Of a DNA stretch of 64,000 bases, positions 23,221 to 35,686 are shown in pieces. The notes below the pieces were generated by a model, which saw only the letters and a list, made by a program, of their open reading frames with translations, did no database searches and had not been told where the DNA came from. Numbering within the stretch: position 1 is the first letter of the stretch; each line of letters starts with the position of its first letter. A program made the translations under genes and the position numbers. Source of the stretch: Eledone cirrhosa (taxonomy: Eukaryota). The DNA lies in assembly GCA_964016885.1 (NCBI GenBank), contig OZ024745.1, positions 95,604,001-95,668,000 of the forward strand, given 5' to 3'.

Positions 23221-24182
23221 TTGCACCCTCAGAGTATCTCAACAGGCATGATAGAGCTGCACAGTATATCCACTGGGTAATTTGCAAGGACCTGGACCTG
23301 CACGATCATAAAAACTGGTGTGAACACAGCCCACTCCCAGTACTAGAAAGAGATCATATCTCACTAAGAAACTTTTCTGTTCAAACTGACAGAAAGACAG
23401 CTGCAAATAAGCCAGATATATTGAAGAATTTTAGACAAAAGACATGACTGTCCCAATCAATATAAATGTATCTGTCAAAGCCTACCAAAAATTGAAGTAA
23501 TACAAAGATCTTCAAATATAAATTGTCAAAATGTAGAAACTCAAGACTAGAGCAATATCTGTGGTTGTAAGAGCGTTAGGGATAACAGCAAAGAGAGTTG
23601 ATTATTACCTATCTCAAATCCTAGGAAATCACAGAATGGAAGAAATTCAGAAAATAGTACTCAAGGGGACTACTCATATCCTGCAAAAAATAGTGTCTAT
23701 GCAGCTCCAAAACAATTCTTTTTTGTTTACTTATTATCAAAAGCACCTTTAGAAGTATATAATAGCACATATCTTTTACCGTTTTTTTAATCATCATACA
23801 ATCATTTTAGCACCAAACAACTACTTTTAAACAAACTTATAATTTTCTTATGTTTTGACAGATATTTTCTAGAACAATACTACCTATGAACCCAAGGTAC
23901 ACAATTAAAATATAATTCCCTATCACTTCATTCTTCTCCAAAAACATGGCAGTTATCAACCATCCTAGTCATAATGTCTGCCTGAACTTATAACTTGCTG
24001 TCTTTTGGTGTCTCTGAGTAAGACTTGGAGTCAGCTTGTACAAACACAAAGAATGGTAGCAGCCCAGCATATCAAGTATATAAACAACAGCCTGAAACCA
24101 TCAATCACATTGATTGTCTCCATGTGTAGCCTTCTTGCACCCTCAGAATATCTCAACAGGGACGGTAGAGCTGCACAGTAAA
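23221..24182 (+). mobile_element. Older degenerate R4/Dong fragments (RHD and RLE region, 3' UTR, second RHD fragment)
   Basis: LAPSEYLNRHDRAAQYIHWVICK at 23221, ANKPDI, VVVRALG, EIQKIVLKGTTHIL. The LAPSEYLNR segment recurs at ~24132. Confidence 0.7.
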
Positions 24183-24204
24183 ATCCAATCATCAAAATAA
24201 TAAT

Positions 24205-24400
24205 GATTTCTGATTTAAGCACAAGGCCAATAATTTGAGGGGAGGGGAAAGTCGTTTAAATCGATCCCAGTGTGTTACTGGCGCTTTATTTTATCGACCC
24301 TGCAAGGATGGATGGCAAAGTTAAACTCGGCCTGATTTGAACTCAGATCATAAAAGGCCATAACTATATGCTGCAAAGTATGTTGTCCAACACTCTACCA
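24205..24400 (-). mobile_element. Second-family SINE, degenerate
   Basis: GCACAAGGCC...TTTTATCGACCC...GGCAAAGTT...GAACTCAG on the plus strand, next to AATAATAAT. Confidence 0.7.
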
Positions 24401-24457
24401 GTATTCAAATAATGAGCCAAGTTTGATAGGGAAGACAGAGTGATGACATAAGGCATT

Positions 24458-24612
24458 CAATCCGTGAGCATCCTATTTTTTTAAGGATCTATAATGATTA
24501 CATTAACTAATGAGATTTGGTAAAATAAAGTATGCTCAATCCATGAGCATCCTATTTTTTTAAGGATCTATAATGATTACATTAACTAATGAGATTTGGT
24601 AAAATAAAGTAC
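24458..24612. repeat. 78-bp tandem duplication
   Basis: CAATCCRTGAGCATCC...TAAAATAAAGTA occurs twice. Confidence 0.85.
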
Positions 24613-25093
24613 GAGTAATGCACTGGGTAATTGCTGGCCTTGTGCCTAAAGTAGAAACAATTATTAGTTTAAATGTTGATTCATCTCTCTGTAGTCAATA
24701 AATGAATTAACAGTAGTATAGCAAGGTAATTCAATAAAAAAAAAAAATAAACTCATTCTTAATTAAAAGAAATCCATACGTAATCACGCTTTATATTGTG
24801 AAAATTGTAATATTGATATAAAATTAATGTGTGCTACACAAGAAGAGATACTTTTTACAAGAAAAACAGTTTATTCCCTCAAGTTATGAAATTGTATGAA
24901 CAATTATCTTTGAAAGCCTTCAGGGAATAAACAAATTTGTTTTAATTTATATTAAAATTGTACTGAAAAATTCCCAAACTCTATAATATAAGGAAAATGG
25001 TGTATATAACAAATTCTATAATTACTTCAATAGGATTAATTTGCAGAAAACTGATTGTTAAATATAATTTCAAAATTACCTTAGTCAAAAATA

Positions 25094-25278
25094 TGAGGGT
25101 TGGCTGAAAAGATCATAAGCTGACTATGAAGAAGTGATGCTAGAGCTGTGAAATCCTGCATGCCTTAATTTCAACTCTTCTTATTAACATCTGCATTGTG
25201 TCTTTCCAGAGACTAATTGGAAAATTAAACCCCCTAGAGGTATCTTGGTCGGCCTATGATCTTTTCAGTCGACCCTCA
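25094..25278. mobile_element. Mariner-type MITE with ~31-bp TIRs and TA TSD
   Basis: TA|TGAGGGTTGGCTGAAAAGATCATAAGCTGAC ... GTCGGCCTATGATCTTTTCAGTCGACCCTCA|TA. Confidence 0.85.
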
Positions 25279-26581
25279 TATTTTAATAGTGGTAATTTGG
25301 TCTCTTCAGAAATAGTTACATTATCTAACGTTACTTGCCTTTGTTTGGGGAGAGATAGAAGAGTATGAATTGAGAAAGATGTGACTGCTATTTCTAGCAG
25401 GCCACACAGCTGTGTCTCATTTCAACACTATTAGTTTTCATCCATGTTAATATTGTTGACCACACATATATAAAATGTTTAAATTTTTCACATAAAATGG
25501 TTATTGTTGCAAAGTCTTCTTAGCTGTTTCGATTTTAAATTCTCTACTACAGGGAATCTTATCTTATAATGACACATTGAATGATGTAGCCATGGGTATA
25601 TATATAAAGACAAAATATCCAAAACTAGAATCTCTTTGGTCATGAACATAGATCATCTGCTCAATCAAGACTGACCTAGAGCTAAAAAAATTAAGTGCAA
25701 CTGGAGAGATACTAGACATAATCGATATATTGAAGAAATAAATATTCAAGTGAAGTTGATGATGATGATGATCAAAAAAGAGGAGCAAATAAAGGGAAAG
25801 GGAAGGGAGATTGCCATGGCTTTAATTTTGATTACAGTTGACCACTGAAATATTAACCTATTTGAAACTTTGTAACTCCAGTTTTATTAATGTAATAAAA
25901 TACTAAATACCAACCCCAAGTGGCATCACAGAAAATATTTTGAAGTCTAAATAAAATATTGAGATAGACATGTCAAAAGAAGCAATAATATGAATTGATT
26001 TTCCCAATTCTTAGCAGAGACAGCACTTTGTGTAAATTTCATTTATTGTTCTTATCCCAAAGCCATCATAATATTCCAAGCATGAACATTTAAGAAGGAT
26101 GCCAAGTTTAGAATGATAGTTGAAGACTTATATCAAACTTTACCATTTACTATTAATATGCCCAATCAAGCAAGTCATACAGAAATTTATATATAAAAGA
26201 CGAGTAGACAAACTCCTCTCCTATGAAGAATAGTCAAAAGCAAAGCAAAAGTGAAACATTATAACGTTCTATATGTTTTCTAAAGGAAATCACAGGCTTC
26301 AAGCCTATATAAGATCTGTTCATAAGAAGAGTTAACTGTACTGAAGTAGTTGTATTTGAAAGAAATTTATACTTACTTTTAAGCTATACAATAATAGTAA
26401 TGTTGTTACTGCTAATGTGTGACTGACAAGGATGTAAAAGAAGCTGACGACATTTTAAAGGCTTCTTGCATTTAACTGTAACAAAGCTAATGAAATACAA
26501 AAACTTCACCTCTTACAGAAAACCAACAAACAAGCATCAGAACTGTTACAGTATCCATAATATTTTCTAATATTTCTTCTT

Positions 26582-26779
26582 CACATACATATGTGTGTAT
26601 ATATATAAATATATATATATATATACACATGCACACACACACACATATATATATACATGCACACACATATATGTATATATATACACACACACACATGTAT
26701 ACACACACACACACGCACATATATATATATACACATATATGTATATATATACACACACATATATATATACACATATATG

Positions 26780-26838
<59 letters not shown>
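26582..26838. repeat. Compound (TA)n/(CA)n microsatellite
   Basis: Seen directly. Confidence 0.95.
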
Positions 26839-26839
<1 letters not shown>

Positions 26840-27043
26840 ACGAAGGAAATGTGGTAAGGAACCAGGTGGACCATAACGCACCAAAGTACTCAATACTTAG
26901 GGTAGTAGAGTGGGTAATAGGAATGAGTAGGACCCCGACGGCTGAGCTCAAGCCGTTTCGACGGCTAATTCTGGACTAAATGCATTTAGTCCAGAATTAG
27001 CCGTCGAAACAGCTTGAGCTCAGCCGTCGGGGTCCTACTCGTT

Positions 27044-27048
<5 letters not shown>
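26839..27048. mobile_element. Palindromic Penelope-pLTR-like fragment in (TA)n with hammerhead 3' half
   Basis: 132-bp spacerless palindrome 26917-27048 (centre 26982/26983) containing GAAAC-RGC-TTGAGCTCA-GCC-GTC in each arm, plus a one-sided tail 26839-26916. Related to 49205-49392. Confidence 0.65.
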
Positions 27049-27088
<40 letters not shown>

Positions 27089-27519
27089 CATGGAAAATAG
27101 ACATTAAAGAAAGATGATATATATATATATATGAAAGGACACTTCAGTTGTGTCAAGGACATGGCAGTCTCCTTAGTGTTGGTGATCTACATGATAACCA
27201 CACCCAGTACATGCCGTAAAGTGGTTGGTTATAGGAAGGGCAACCAGCTGCAGAAAGCTTGCTAAACAAGGGGCTGGCAGAACCCTTTAGTTGTGTCAAT
27301 GACATGTCAACATCCCTTGTGCACATGGCAGAACATGGGACCACATGTAAGCAAGATGCAGACTCCATGGCCTATCTGGGAGGTCAGTAACCTTACTTCA
27401 GTACTTACATTGTGTACATTTTATATAGTTCATGCATACTCCTTTTCTACATATCAAGCTAGGCCTCTTCCCAGATGAGATCAGAGTTCTATCTTCTTTT
27501 CTACTAATTAACACTTTGG

Positions 27520-28085
27520 TTTTAACTAAGTTTACTCTCAGCCTTTTTGATTTTGTTGTTTTTACAGCTGTAATTTGCGCCCTACTTCTTCCACAGATTC
27601 TCCTATGAAGACCAGATCATCAGTGTACAGAAGTTGACAACCAGTCCTAAATCTTATGCTCTAGCCTGAGAAGTATGATAAATAGAAGTGGGCTAAGAAC
27701 AAAACTCTAATGAACTGCTACCTGTACCTTGATTTCTTCAGTAAACTCACTTCCAACTCTCGTTTCACTAACAGCTCCTCTGTACATGGTTTGCACTACT
27801 CTCACAAGCTACTCTTCTTCCCCTACTTTCCTTAGGGGACACCAAATGACATATCGTGGTATCAAAAGCCTTTTCTAGATCAACAAAATGCTTACTCTTA
27901 GCTAAGAACTTTTCTTGCAGTTGTCTTACTAACAAGAGGGCATCTGTGGTGCTCCTCCGTAGCATAAACCGTTACTGCATCTCATCTAATTTGACTCTTT
28001 CCCTAATTAGTTACACTAAAACTCTTTCTGTCACTTTTATAACTTGGTCTGTTAATTTTATTCCTCTGTAGCTGCTCCTTTCTAG
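27520..28085 (-). pseudogene. Degenerate RTE reverse transcriptase fragment
   Basis: YRGIKLTDQVIKV, STTDALLLVRQLQEKFLAK, FVDLEKAFD, LYTDD. Confidence 0.8.
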
Positions 28086-28251
28086 AGCTTCAATACATAG
28101 AATGGTTTTCCAAAATAAATTAGATATGTTAAATAAGGTACTTAATATATTAGTAGAAAAGATACATAGTTATTTCATATAGAAACTATTTCTACACAAC
28201 TAGAACTGTTTCATTTGTTTGAAATTATCAGGATGATTTTAAATGAATGAA

Positions 28252-28600
28252 ATGGAGGCACATGGCTTAGTGGTTAGAGCATTGGCCTTGCAATCGAAAG
28301 GTTGTGAGTTCAATTCTCAGACTGGGTGATGTGTTGTTTCCTTGAGCAAGACACTTTATTTCACATTGCTCCAGTTTACTCAGCTGTAGAAATGAGGTGA
28401 TAGGGACTGGGGTCCATATCATACCACTGCAAAGTGGTCGTGGAGGTGCCACAGCAAAAATGCACCCAGCACTCGCTGTAAATGAGGTTGGCGTTAGGAA
28501 GGGCATCCAGCTGTAGAAATCAAGCCAGAATCAGTTCCCGTCCCACCCTTGCAAGCAGGGAAAAAGCGGACGTAAAATGAAATGATGATGATGATGATGA
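28252..28600 (+). mobile_element. tRNA/CORE SINE with RTE tail
   Basis: Near-identical to 1822-2170. Confidence 0.9.
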
Positions 28601-29110
28601 AACACTTCTAGTCCTGTAGAAATAATTTCTATATATATATATATATCATCATCATCATCATTGTTTTACGCCCGCTTTTCCCTGCTTGCACACATATATG
28701 TGTGTGTGTGTGAGGAGTGCATATGAATGTATGTATCTATGTATACTCTCCGAAATTCACATACATATGCTAGCAGTTTCAAAATATATTAAACAACTTA
28801 ACACTAATGCAGTTAACCGAGTGGTTGAAAATACCTATCTTAATATTTCTCATTCTAATTCTGATCAATAATACATTTCAAAATAGTATCCTGGTAGATG
28901 ATGTGTATACAAAGCAACCACTTGTAGTCTGAATATTGGTTTCAATAAAATCTTTTTTATCCATAGCAATATCCAATCAATAATCAAATATCGTAATAGA
29001 TTATGTCCAGTAATATTGGCAGATAACGTTCACAGAAACAGAGGCAATACAACATATTCAGTCATACATATATAAAGATATGCAAAATCATACACACACA
29101 CATATATATA

Positions 29111-29416
29111 CAGTTGTCCCTTAATATTCACAGGGGTTATGTTCCTAGAGCACCTACAAAGAGTGAAAAACCGCGAATATTGGACATGGTCGATAAAAAT
29201 GCCTATAAACGTCAAAATATAATGTAAAATATAGGCCGGCAAATACAGTATATTGTTATTAATAGTATAATGTTAAAAAGTGTGAAAAAATATATATTGC
29301 CTTAAAAAATCACAGAAGATATTTACAATATGTGATAGTTTCCATGAACAATTATTAGTTAGGTTCCAAGGAAAACTCTATGAATAACCGGGACCGCGAA
29401 TGCCAGTGGTATACTG
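29111..29416. mobile_element. Tigger/pogo-like MITE
   Basis: TA|CAGTTGTCCCTTAATATTCACAGGGGTTATGTTCC ... CCGCGAATGCCAGTGGTATACTG|TA. Confidence 0.6.
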
Positions 29417-30228
29417 TATATACTTTGAGTAGTAATCCTAGTTGAGTGCTTATTTTAAAGACAAGTGTGAATTTTTCCATTAACTCTCCACCACTTTTAA
29501 GCAACACAGCAAGGAATTCAATAACCTTTTTTCAACAAGCTGCTGGCAGACACACAAAAACAGAGCTGGCTACTGCCAGCATGTCAGGTGCCTGAAAAAG
29601 TATCCTATTTTTTCCTGTTATTTACTGGACAAACTTACTAAAGATCCAGGTTGTTATGCAACTAACTGTTGGAATACACACTTATTTACATAACTGATAC
29701 TAACAGTTTAGCATTGGTGAAACCAGCATTGGTTTAGGTATATATCAATATTTGTGATATTTGTTTTATTAATTGATCGATATTAGTTGTATTAATTTCA
29801 TTGATAATCCTAATTAATTTGTTCAATCATTGCTACCAAAGATCTAAGCGGAATTGATGAGAGCTGATCTCAAATCACTGAAGCTCATGGCAGAGATAAC
29901 AGAGGATCATAATGGATAGAGTGATGCTACAATGAAAACGACCTGTCCAACCCATGCATGCATGGAGGTTGATGATATTCATAAATATATTCATAAATAT
30001 ATATATATATATATTTATACAGTATAAATATATATATATATGTATTGCCTTGTCTGACGAACGAATGTGGACATTTCTTGTATCCGTCTTATTCAGGAAA
30101 CCTCTGGTAATGAGGTAATTATATTGTATTGTTTATTATACATTAAATATTTAGCTCTGTAACTTATCTGACTTTTCATTTCTCTGACTCTTCATTCCTC
30201 TGACTTTTTCAACGGAAACTTCAACACT

Positions 30229-30268
<40 letters not shown>

Positions 30269-30270
<2 letters not shown>

Positions 30271-30660
30271 TCATCATCATCATCACCATTTTACGTCCGT
30301 TCTTCCACGCTAGCATGGGTTAGACGGGTTGTCCTGTTGTGTGCAGTGTCTGGTCGGCTGACCATGCCTTGCTCATACAGGAACTGATCTGGCTTGATTT
30401 CTACAGCTGGATGCCCTTCCTAACACCAACCTCATTTACAGTGAGTGCTGGGTGCTTTTTCGTGGCGCCTACACGTCCACTTTACAGTGTGGGCTGGGTG
30501 CTTTTTTGCCGTGGCACCTCCACGACCACCTTGCGGTGGGGGGTGTGGGGGCATATTATTTATATGCTTCAGCATGTACCCATGGGAGGTCGGGTACTCT
30601 GTATTACTGCGTGACGCCAGAAGTCACGGTCGTGTGTCATTGTCTTTGAGAGGTGTAATT
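30269..30660 (-). mobile_element. 5'-truncated RTE subfamily B 3' end
   Basis: The minus strand encodes LHLSKTMTHDRDFWRHAV...*, followed by a 3' UTR matching the CORE SINE tail and (GAT)n. Confidence 0.8.
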
Positions 30661-30786
30661 ATATATAGTGTATTAGTTTATATATATATTATATACTGAA
30701 CACACAAAAGATATTTCTCAAAAACGTTTTTTTGCCGTTTCCTCATTTTTTTTTGCCTGTTTTCCTCTATCTTTTTATTTCTTGCT

Positions 30787-30821
<35 letters not shown>

Positions 30822-30957
30822 GAACTAGCATCCGAAACGTTAAGATTCTTTTCCTACTATATCAAGCGTTAAACTAATATATATATTCAAACCATACAAG
30901 CGTGGAAAAACGGATATAAAAAAAAACGATCATGACAATGATGATATATATATACAG

Positions 30958-30990
<33 letters not shown>

Positions 30991-31889
30991 AACATTTTCA
31001 TTTAGTTGGAACTTTAATATTGATACTATTATGTAGCATATGCTATGATGGTAACAACTGTTACTACTAACATTACCATTTCTACCGCTAACTATAGTCT
31101 ATCCTAATTGCCACATAGTATGATTTATAGTCTATGAGAATTCCAAAAACTGAAGCTAATGGTATTTGTGATTACTGCATCTTTTCTGTATTGATTTTTC
31201 TCCTCTTCAAACCCTATATGAAGAAATCAATACGTTATTCATAAATTACATCAGTGAAATAGTACACTAACATATCACACATCACTAATAGTAAGAATTT
31301 CTATTTAAACAAGATGATTTGTTTCAACTTTATACTGTATCATTTCTTTCTATAAATCTAATTCAACCACAACATTCTATCATAACAGAACAACATAACT
31401 CGATTCTATGAGAAGTGAAATGAGGTATGATGAATACTATGACATAATTTTTTTTTTTTAAATTCAATGCTGAACTAGACCAAGAAAGATCTGAGCAGAG
31501 GTTCTGAGAGCTGACCTCAAATCACTGAAACTCACAGAAGCAATGACAAAAGAACATGATGAGTGAAGAGATACTGTGCTGAGAAGAGCAAAGCAGACGT
31601 AAAAATGATGATGATGGTGGTGGTAGTGGTGGAGGTGATGATGATTATAATGATGATCATGATGATCATGATAATCATGATGCTGTATCTTTAAATATTT
31701 CACATTTCATAGTAAAAATGTATAAAAATCTTAGCACTTAAAAAATTCTCTATCTAGTTTCATTCATTGGAGTGGAAACATGCCACCTTCAAGAATATAA
31801 TCAATTGTAGCAATTTCAAAACTTGACTGATACTTTTTTTCAACTCTGGAAGAATTAGAGGCAAAGTCAACCAAGTAACTGGATTACAT

Positions 31890-32222
31890 AAGGGTAAAGA
31901 CCCCCTTCAGTCAGAAGATGACCATGGGATTTGCACTTAGAAAGTTTCCCTCCAAGGCAAAAATCCAGGCAAAGTTGTTTGTAGAAAACCAGCAGTCACC
32001 CATGCATACCAGTCTCCCCTTTCCATGCCACCGATGTTGTCCAATGGAAAGGCAATGGCCATTACAGTGTGGCACTAATGACATCACAACTCATTTCTAC
32101 AGCTGAGTAAGTTAGAGCAATGTGAAATAAAATGTCTTGCACAAAGACACAACACATCACCAGGTCCGAAAATCAACGTCACAACCTCCCAATTCTCTAA
32201 CCACTAGGCCACGCACTTTCAT
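31890..32222 (-). mobile_element. Older tRNA/CORE SINE with a third type of tail
   Basis: Head GTGGCCTAGTGGTTAGAG and CORE segment on the minus strand; tail is unrelated to the other copies. Confidence 0.65.
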
Positions 32223-32273
32223 ACTACTCTATTAATTCTTCAATTATCCACCATTATTATTTCATCTAAAATA

Positions 32274-32459
32274 GGGGTAGTGGATTGGCAGTATCGGTAG
32301 AGGGTCGGACGCCATGCTTTCCAGCATAGTTACGTCCCTTTACGATCTGAGTTCAAATCCCGCCGAGGTTGACTTTGCCTTTCATCCTTACGGGGTAGAT
32401 AAAATAATGTACCAGTAATGCACTGAGTAATTGCTGGCCTTGTGCCTAAAGTAGAAACA
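32274..32459 (+). mobile_element. Second SINE family (tRNA-like head, Meta-domain-like centre, Tx1-like tail) with 18-bp TSD
   Basis: GTTCAAATCCC B box, GACTTTGCCTTTCATCCTTACGGGGT...GATAAAATAA.TACCAG centre, tail GGCCTTGTGCCTAAAGTAGAAACA. TSD ATTATTTCATCTAAAATA at 32256-32273 and 32460-32477. Confidence 0.88.
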
Positions 32460-32759
32460 ATTATTTCATCTAAAATAAGAACTACAGTATGCTTTCTTTA
32501 TTATTAGATATGAAAACAATCTGTCTATGATAAAATTATGAGGTAAATTAATGTAACCTCTAAAAGTATAGTGTACTTCTCCCCAGTATATTACTGGTAT
32601 AGCTTCCTACTAGCCTTATGTTGCTTTGGGTCTAAAATACAATACAAGTAAGAACAATGTTGTGTGATTCTAGTTGTTTCAAGAAGAATATAAAAATTGA
32701 GACAAGCAATGTGGGTTGAAGAATGTAAAAAAATCATTATATTCCTTCAATAGATAACT

Positions 32760-32971
32760 TACTGCATATACTCGAATATAAATCAAGGAAAATGTAACCA
32801 AAAAATCGATGATAAAAGGGTGTCAGCTTTTATTTGAGATCAATATTTTGACGACTTTTCATCAACTTCAAATTCTATGTAAATAAGGTTTGAATTTTTG
32901 CCCATATTTCAGACATAAAACAGTGGGATCAACTTATATTTGTATTGGCATATATTTGAGTATATATGGTA
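32760..32971. mobile_element. Degenerate Tc1/mariner-type MITE
   Basis: TACTGCATATACTCGAATATA ... TATATTTGAGTATATATGGTA imperfect TIRs. Related remnant at ~43600-44135. Confidence 0.55.
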
Positions 32972-33232
32972 TATCCTCATTATATGCTTGCTAGTGTAAG
33001 TATATCTATATATGTAACCAAAACTACCAGCCTTTTTTCCATCTATCACACTCCTTCTAAGTATCTCATACCTTACACTGTTTATATATCAACCACTCCT
33101 CTGAAGGTGAAAGGAGAGAAATGAAGGAGATAGGCAGTTATAGTTGTTTTCCATTATATCACTGCCTAACAAGGGACATCAAAGTATTTCAGCTGTCCTT
33201 GGTATTCAACAAAGAAGCTTTCATATGGTAAC

Positions 33233-33656
33233 TTAACCCTTTTACATTTACATTACTCTATATATACTTTTGTATTTTCACAATAAAGGCTTTATCTCAT
33301 AATATCAAATCTATGAGATTTTGATATTATTTATTTTGAGAACATTACCTTAACATTAGTATGAGTGGCCGTTTATAGCCGGTTTGAACAAAAAGAGGTG
33401 AGAGAATTCTGGCCAGATATGGCCGGTTTAACCCATTAGTATTTTCATTACTCTATATAAAGTATTGTATTTTCACAGTAAAGGCTTTATCTTGCATAAT
33501 TATCTCACATAGTATCGAATCTACGAAATTTTGATATTATTTATTTTGAGAACATTACCTTAACATCAGTATGAGAGGCCGGTTGGGGCCAGTTTAAACA
33601 GAAAGAGGTAAGAATATTCTGGCCAGATATGGCTGGTTTAGATGCTAAAATGTTAA
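33233..33656 (+). mobile_element. Two tandem copies of a ~220-bp TTAA-flanked (piggyBac-like) MITE
   Basis: Degenerate match to the family consensus TTAA|CCCTTTAGCATTTA ... TAAATGCTAAAGGG|TTAA; the second copy starts at 33428. Confidence 0.8.
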
Positions 33657-33877
33657 ACTGTTGGAAAACAACCAAAACATTGAATCAATTCAAAACATAT
33701 TTTTCTACAAAGATTTCAAGTCTTAAAATAAAGAAATTTAAAGGGACAGTTCAACTTTAATCCCTTGTTTTTCCTGAAGAGATATTTTAAGATGAATCAA
33801 TGTATATTTATAATTATTACATCATTAATATAATTAATTAACCATTTAATTATTAAGTAATTATAAATTTATCTTAA

Positions 33878-34005
33878 TAATTGTTTCTACTTTTGGCACA
33901 AGGCCAGCTTTATTTTATTGACCCGTAAGGATGAAAGGCAAAGTTAACCTCAGCGGGATTTGAACTCAGACCATAAAGGGCCATAACACTTTGCTGCAAA
34001 GCATT
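33878..34005 (-). mobile_element. Second-family SINE, truncated
   Basis: Family tail and centre; flanked by TTTATCTTAAT direct repeats. Confidence 0.75.
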
Positions 34006-34069
34006 TATCTTAATTTATCTTAATAACAATAAATGTTTTGAATTGAGTGAAATCTTTGGTTATTTAACT

Positions 34070-34285
34070 TCAACCCTTTAGCATTTAAACCAGCCATATC
34101 TGGCCAGAATTCTGTCACTTCTTTCTGTTCAAACCAGCCATGACTGGTCACTCATAGTGACATTAGGGTTTTGTTCTGAAAATAAATAATATCAAAATCT
34201 CATAGATTTAATATTATGTGAGATAAAGCCTTTACCATGAAAATACAATGGTATATATAGAGTAATATAAATGCTAAAGGGTTAA
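34070..34285 (-). mobile_element. TTAA MITE
   Basis: CCCTTTAGCATTTA / AATGCTAAAGGGTTAA ends. Confidence 0.8.
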
Positions 34286-34682
34286 ACAATATTTTATGTG
34301 CTGTGATATTGCTTATCTTGAATTGTTCATATATTACCTCATAGATTTTAAATTAGGATTCGTTTGATTACTGCTGATGATGAAACATTGAGCTTCAATT
34401 TATCTTCATAAATATAAAGTGGATATCTCCATTTATAAAAAATATTTTTGCATGTGTGCATATATATATATATATGTATTAAGGATACTATTTATGGTTA
34501 TGTATGTAATAAAACCTTTTATGGTTATATATTTTTTATACAAACCCTAAATAGTGAAAGATAGTCATTAAATTACTATCTTATTACCAGTAAGATAAAT
34601 AGCTCAATGTAATAACATCGGTTGTTTTACAGAGCAGTTATATAGAGATTACAATAATCAAAGTTCAGTTTAAATCATTTAT

Positions 34683-34731
34683 TTGCTTACAATTGTTTCC
34701 TCCAAACCGAGTTTTGGATTCTTCGGAGCAA
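34683..34731 (-). ncRNA. Minimal type I hammerhead ribozyme motif, CCGAAGA core variant (left arm)
   Basis: Reverse complement of 35687-35735 with one stem II difference. Confidence 0.55.
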
Positions 34732-35686
34732 CTATTTAGTGATCTATAACATACTTGACCTCCTTTTCAACACAAGAGACATATAAAAACATATGCACAT
34801 ATTGATCCACAGTGGGATGACATCCATCAAAATGATATAGCATGGCAATTTACATATAAAGGTTAAAGGATAAAGATAAAAATAAAAATAAAAATAAAAA
34901 TGAAGCATTGGCAGTCTATGAAGATAAAGCAAGAGGAAAGTTTAGAGTAGTCAGTGTATGAAACAATCTCACGTGTAGCATGCACGCGTGTCTTATTTAT
35001 AGAGGATTAGAGTGCGTCAAAATGGTACTTGCAGGGTCAGGCAGTTGAAGCAGAATATAATATCATCACACAAAACTAAACAACATGATCTATTAATTAA
35101 GAATCGACAAGATACGGTTTATAACTTGGTTATATGCCGAACCATCGTGAATTATATGATAGACCCGTGGTCTATATATTGCGTCTCATGGATTATGTGA
35201 GTGGTGGTGTGCGCGAAGACAGTGGTACTGTTTTGCCTACGATATAATATGTTTTATAATATGTTTGAGATTTTTGATATTTTGGTGTTTCTCTACATTC
35301 GGGACTGTATACCATACAGGTGTATGCGAAAAAATGATTTAATAATTCAGCCCACATAATAATATCGATTGCCTGCTTCAACTGCCTGACCCTGCAAGTA
35401 CATTCTGACGCACTCTAATCCTCTATAAATAAGACACGCGTGCATGCTACACGTGAGATTGTTTCATACACTGACTACTCTAAACTTTCCTCTTGCTTTA
35501 TCTTCATAGACTGCCAATGCTTCATTTTTATTTTCATTTTTATTTTTATTTTTATCCTTTAAATGTAAATTGCCATGCTATATCATTTTGATGGATGTCA
35601 TCCCACCGTGGATCAATATGTGCATATGTTTTTATATGTCTCTTGTGTTGAAAAGGAGGTCAAGTATGTTATAGATCACTAAATAG

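Noticed and set aside
26487-26979. Overlapping ORFs rich in YI, VC and HT (also 46545, 48823, 50843, 60985)
   Set aside because: Translations of (TA)n/(CA)n microsatellites.
29541-29581. TGCTGGCAG...CTGCCAGCA hairpin
   Set aside because: Only a 9-bp stem; too short for a pre-miRNA and no other support.
34374-34400. CTGATGATGAAAC hammerhead-like words
   Set aside because: No room for stem II and no stem I/III pairing.
35054-35381. Short ORFs in the spacer of the large inverted repeat
   Set aside because: No GIY-YIG, RT or transposase motifs recognised.
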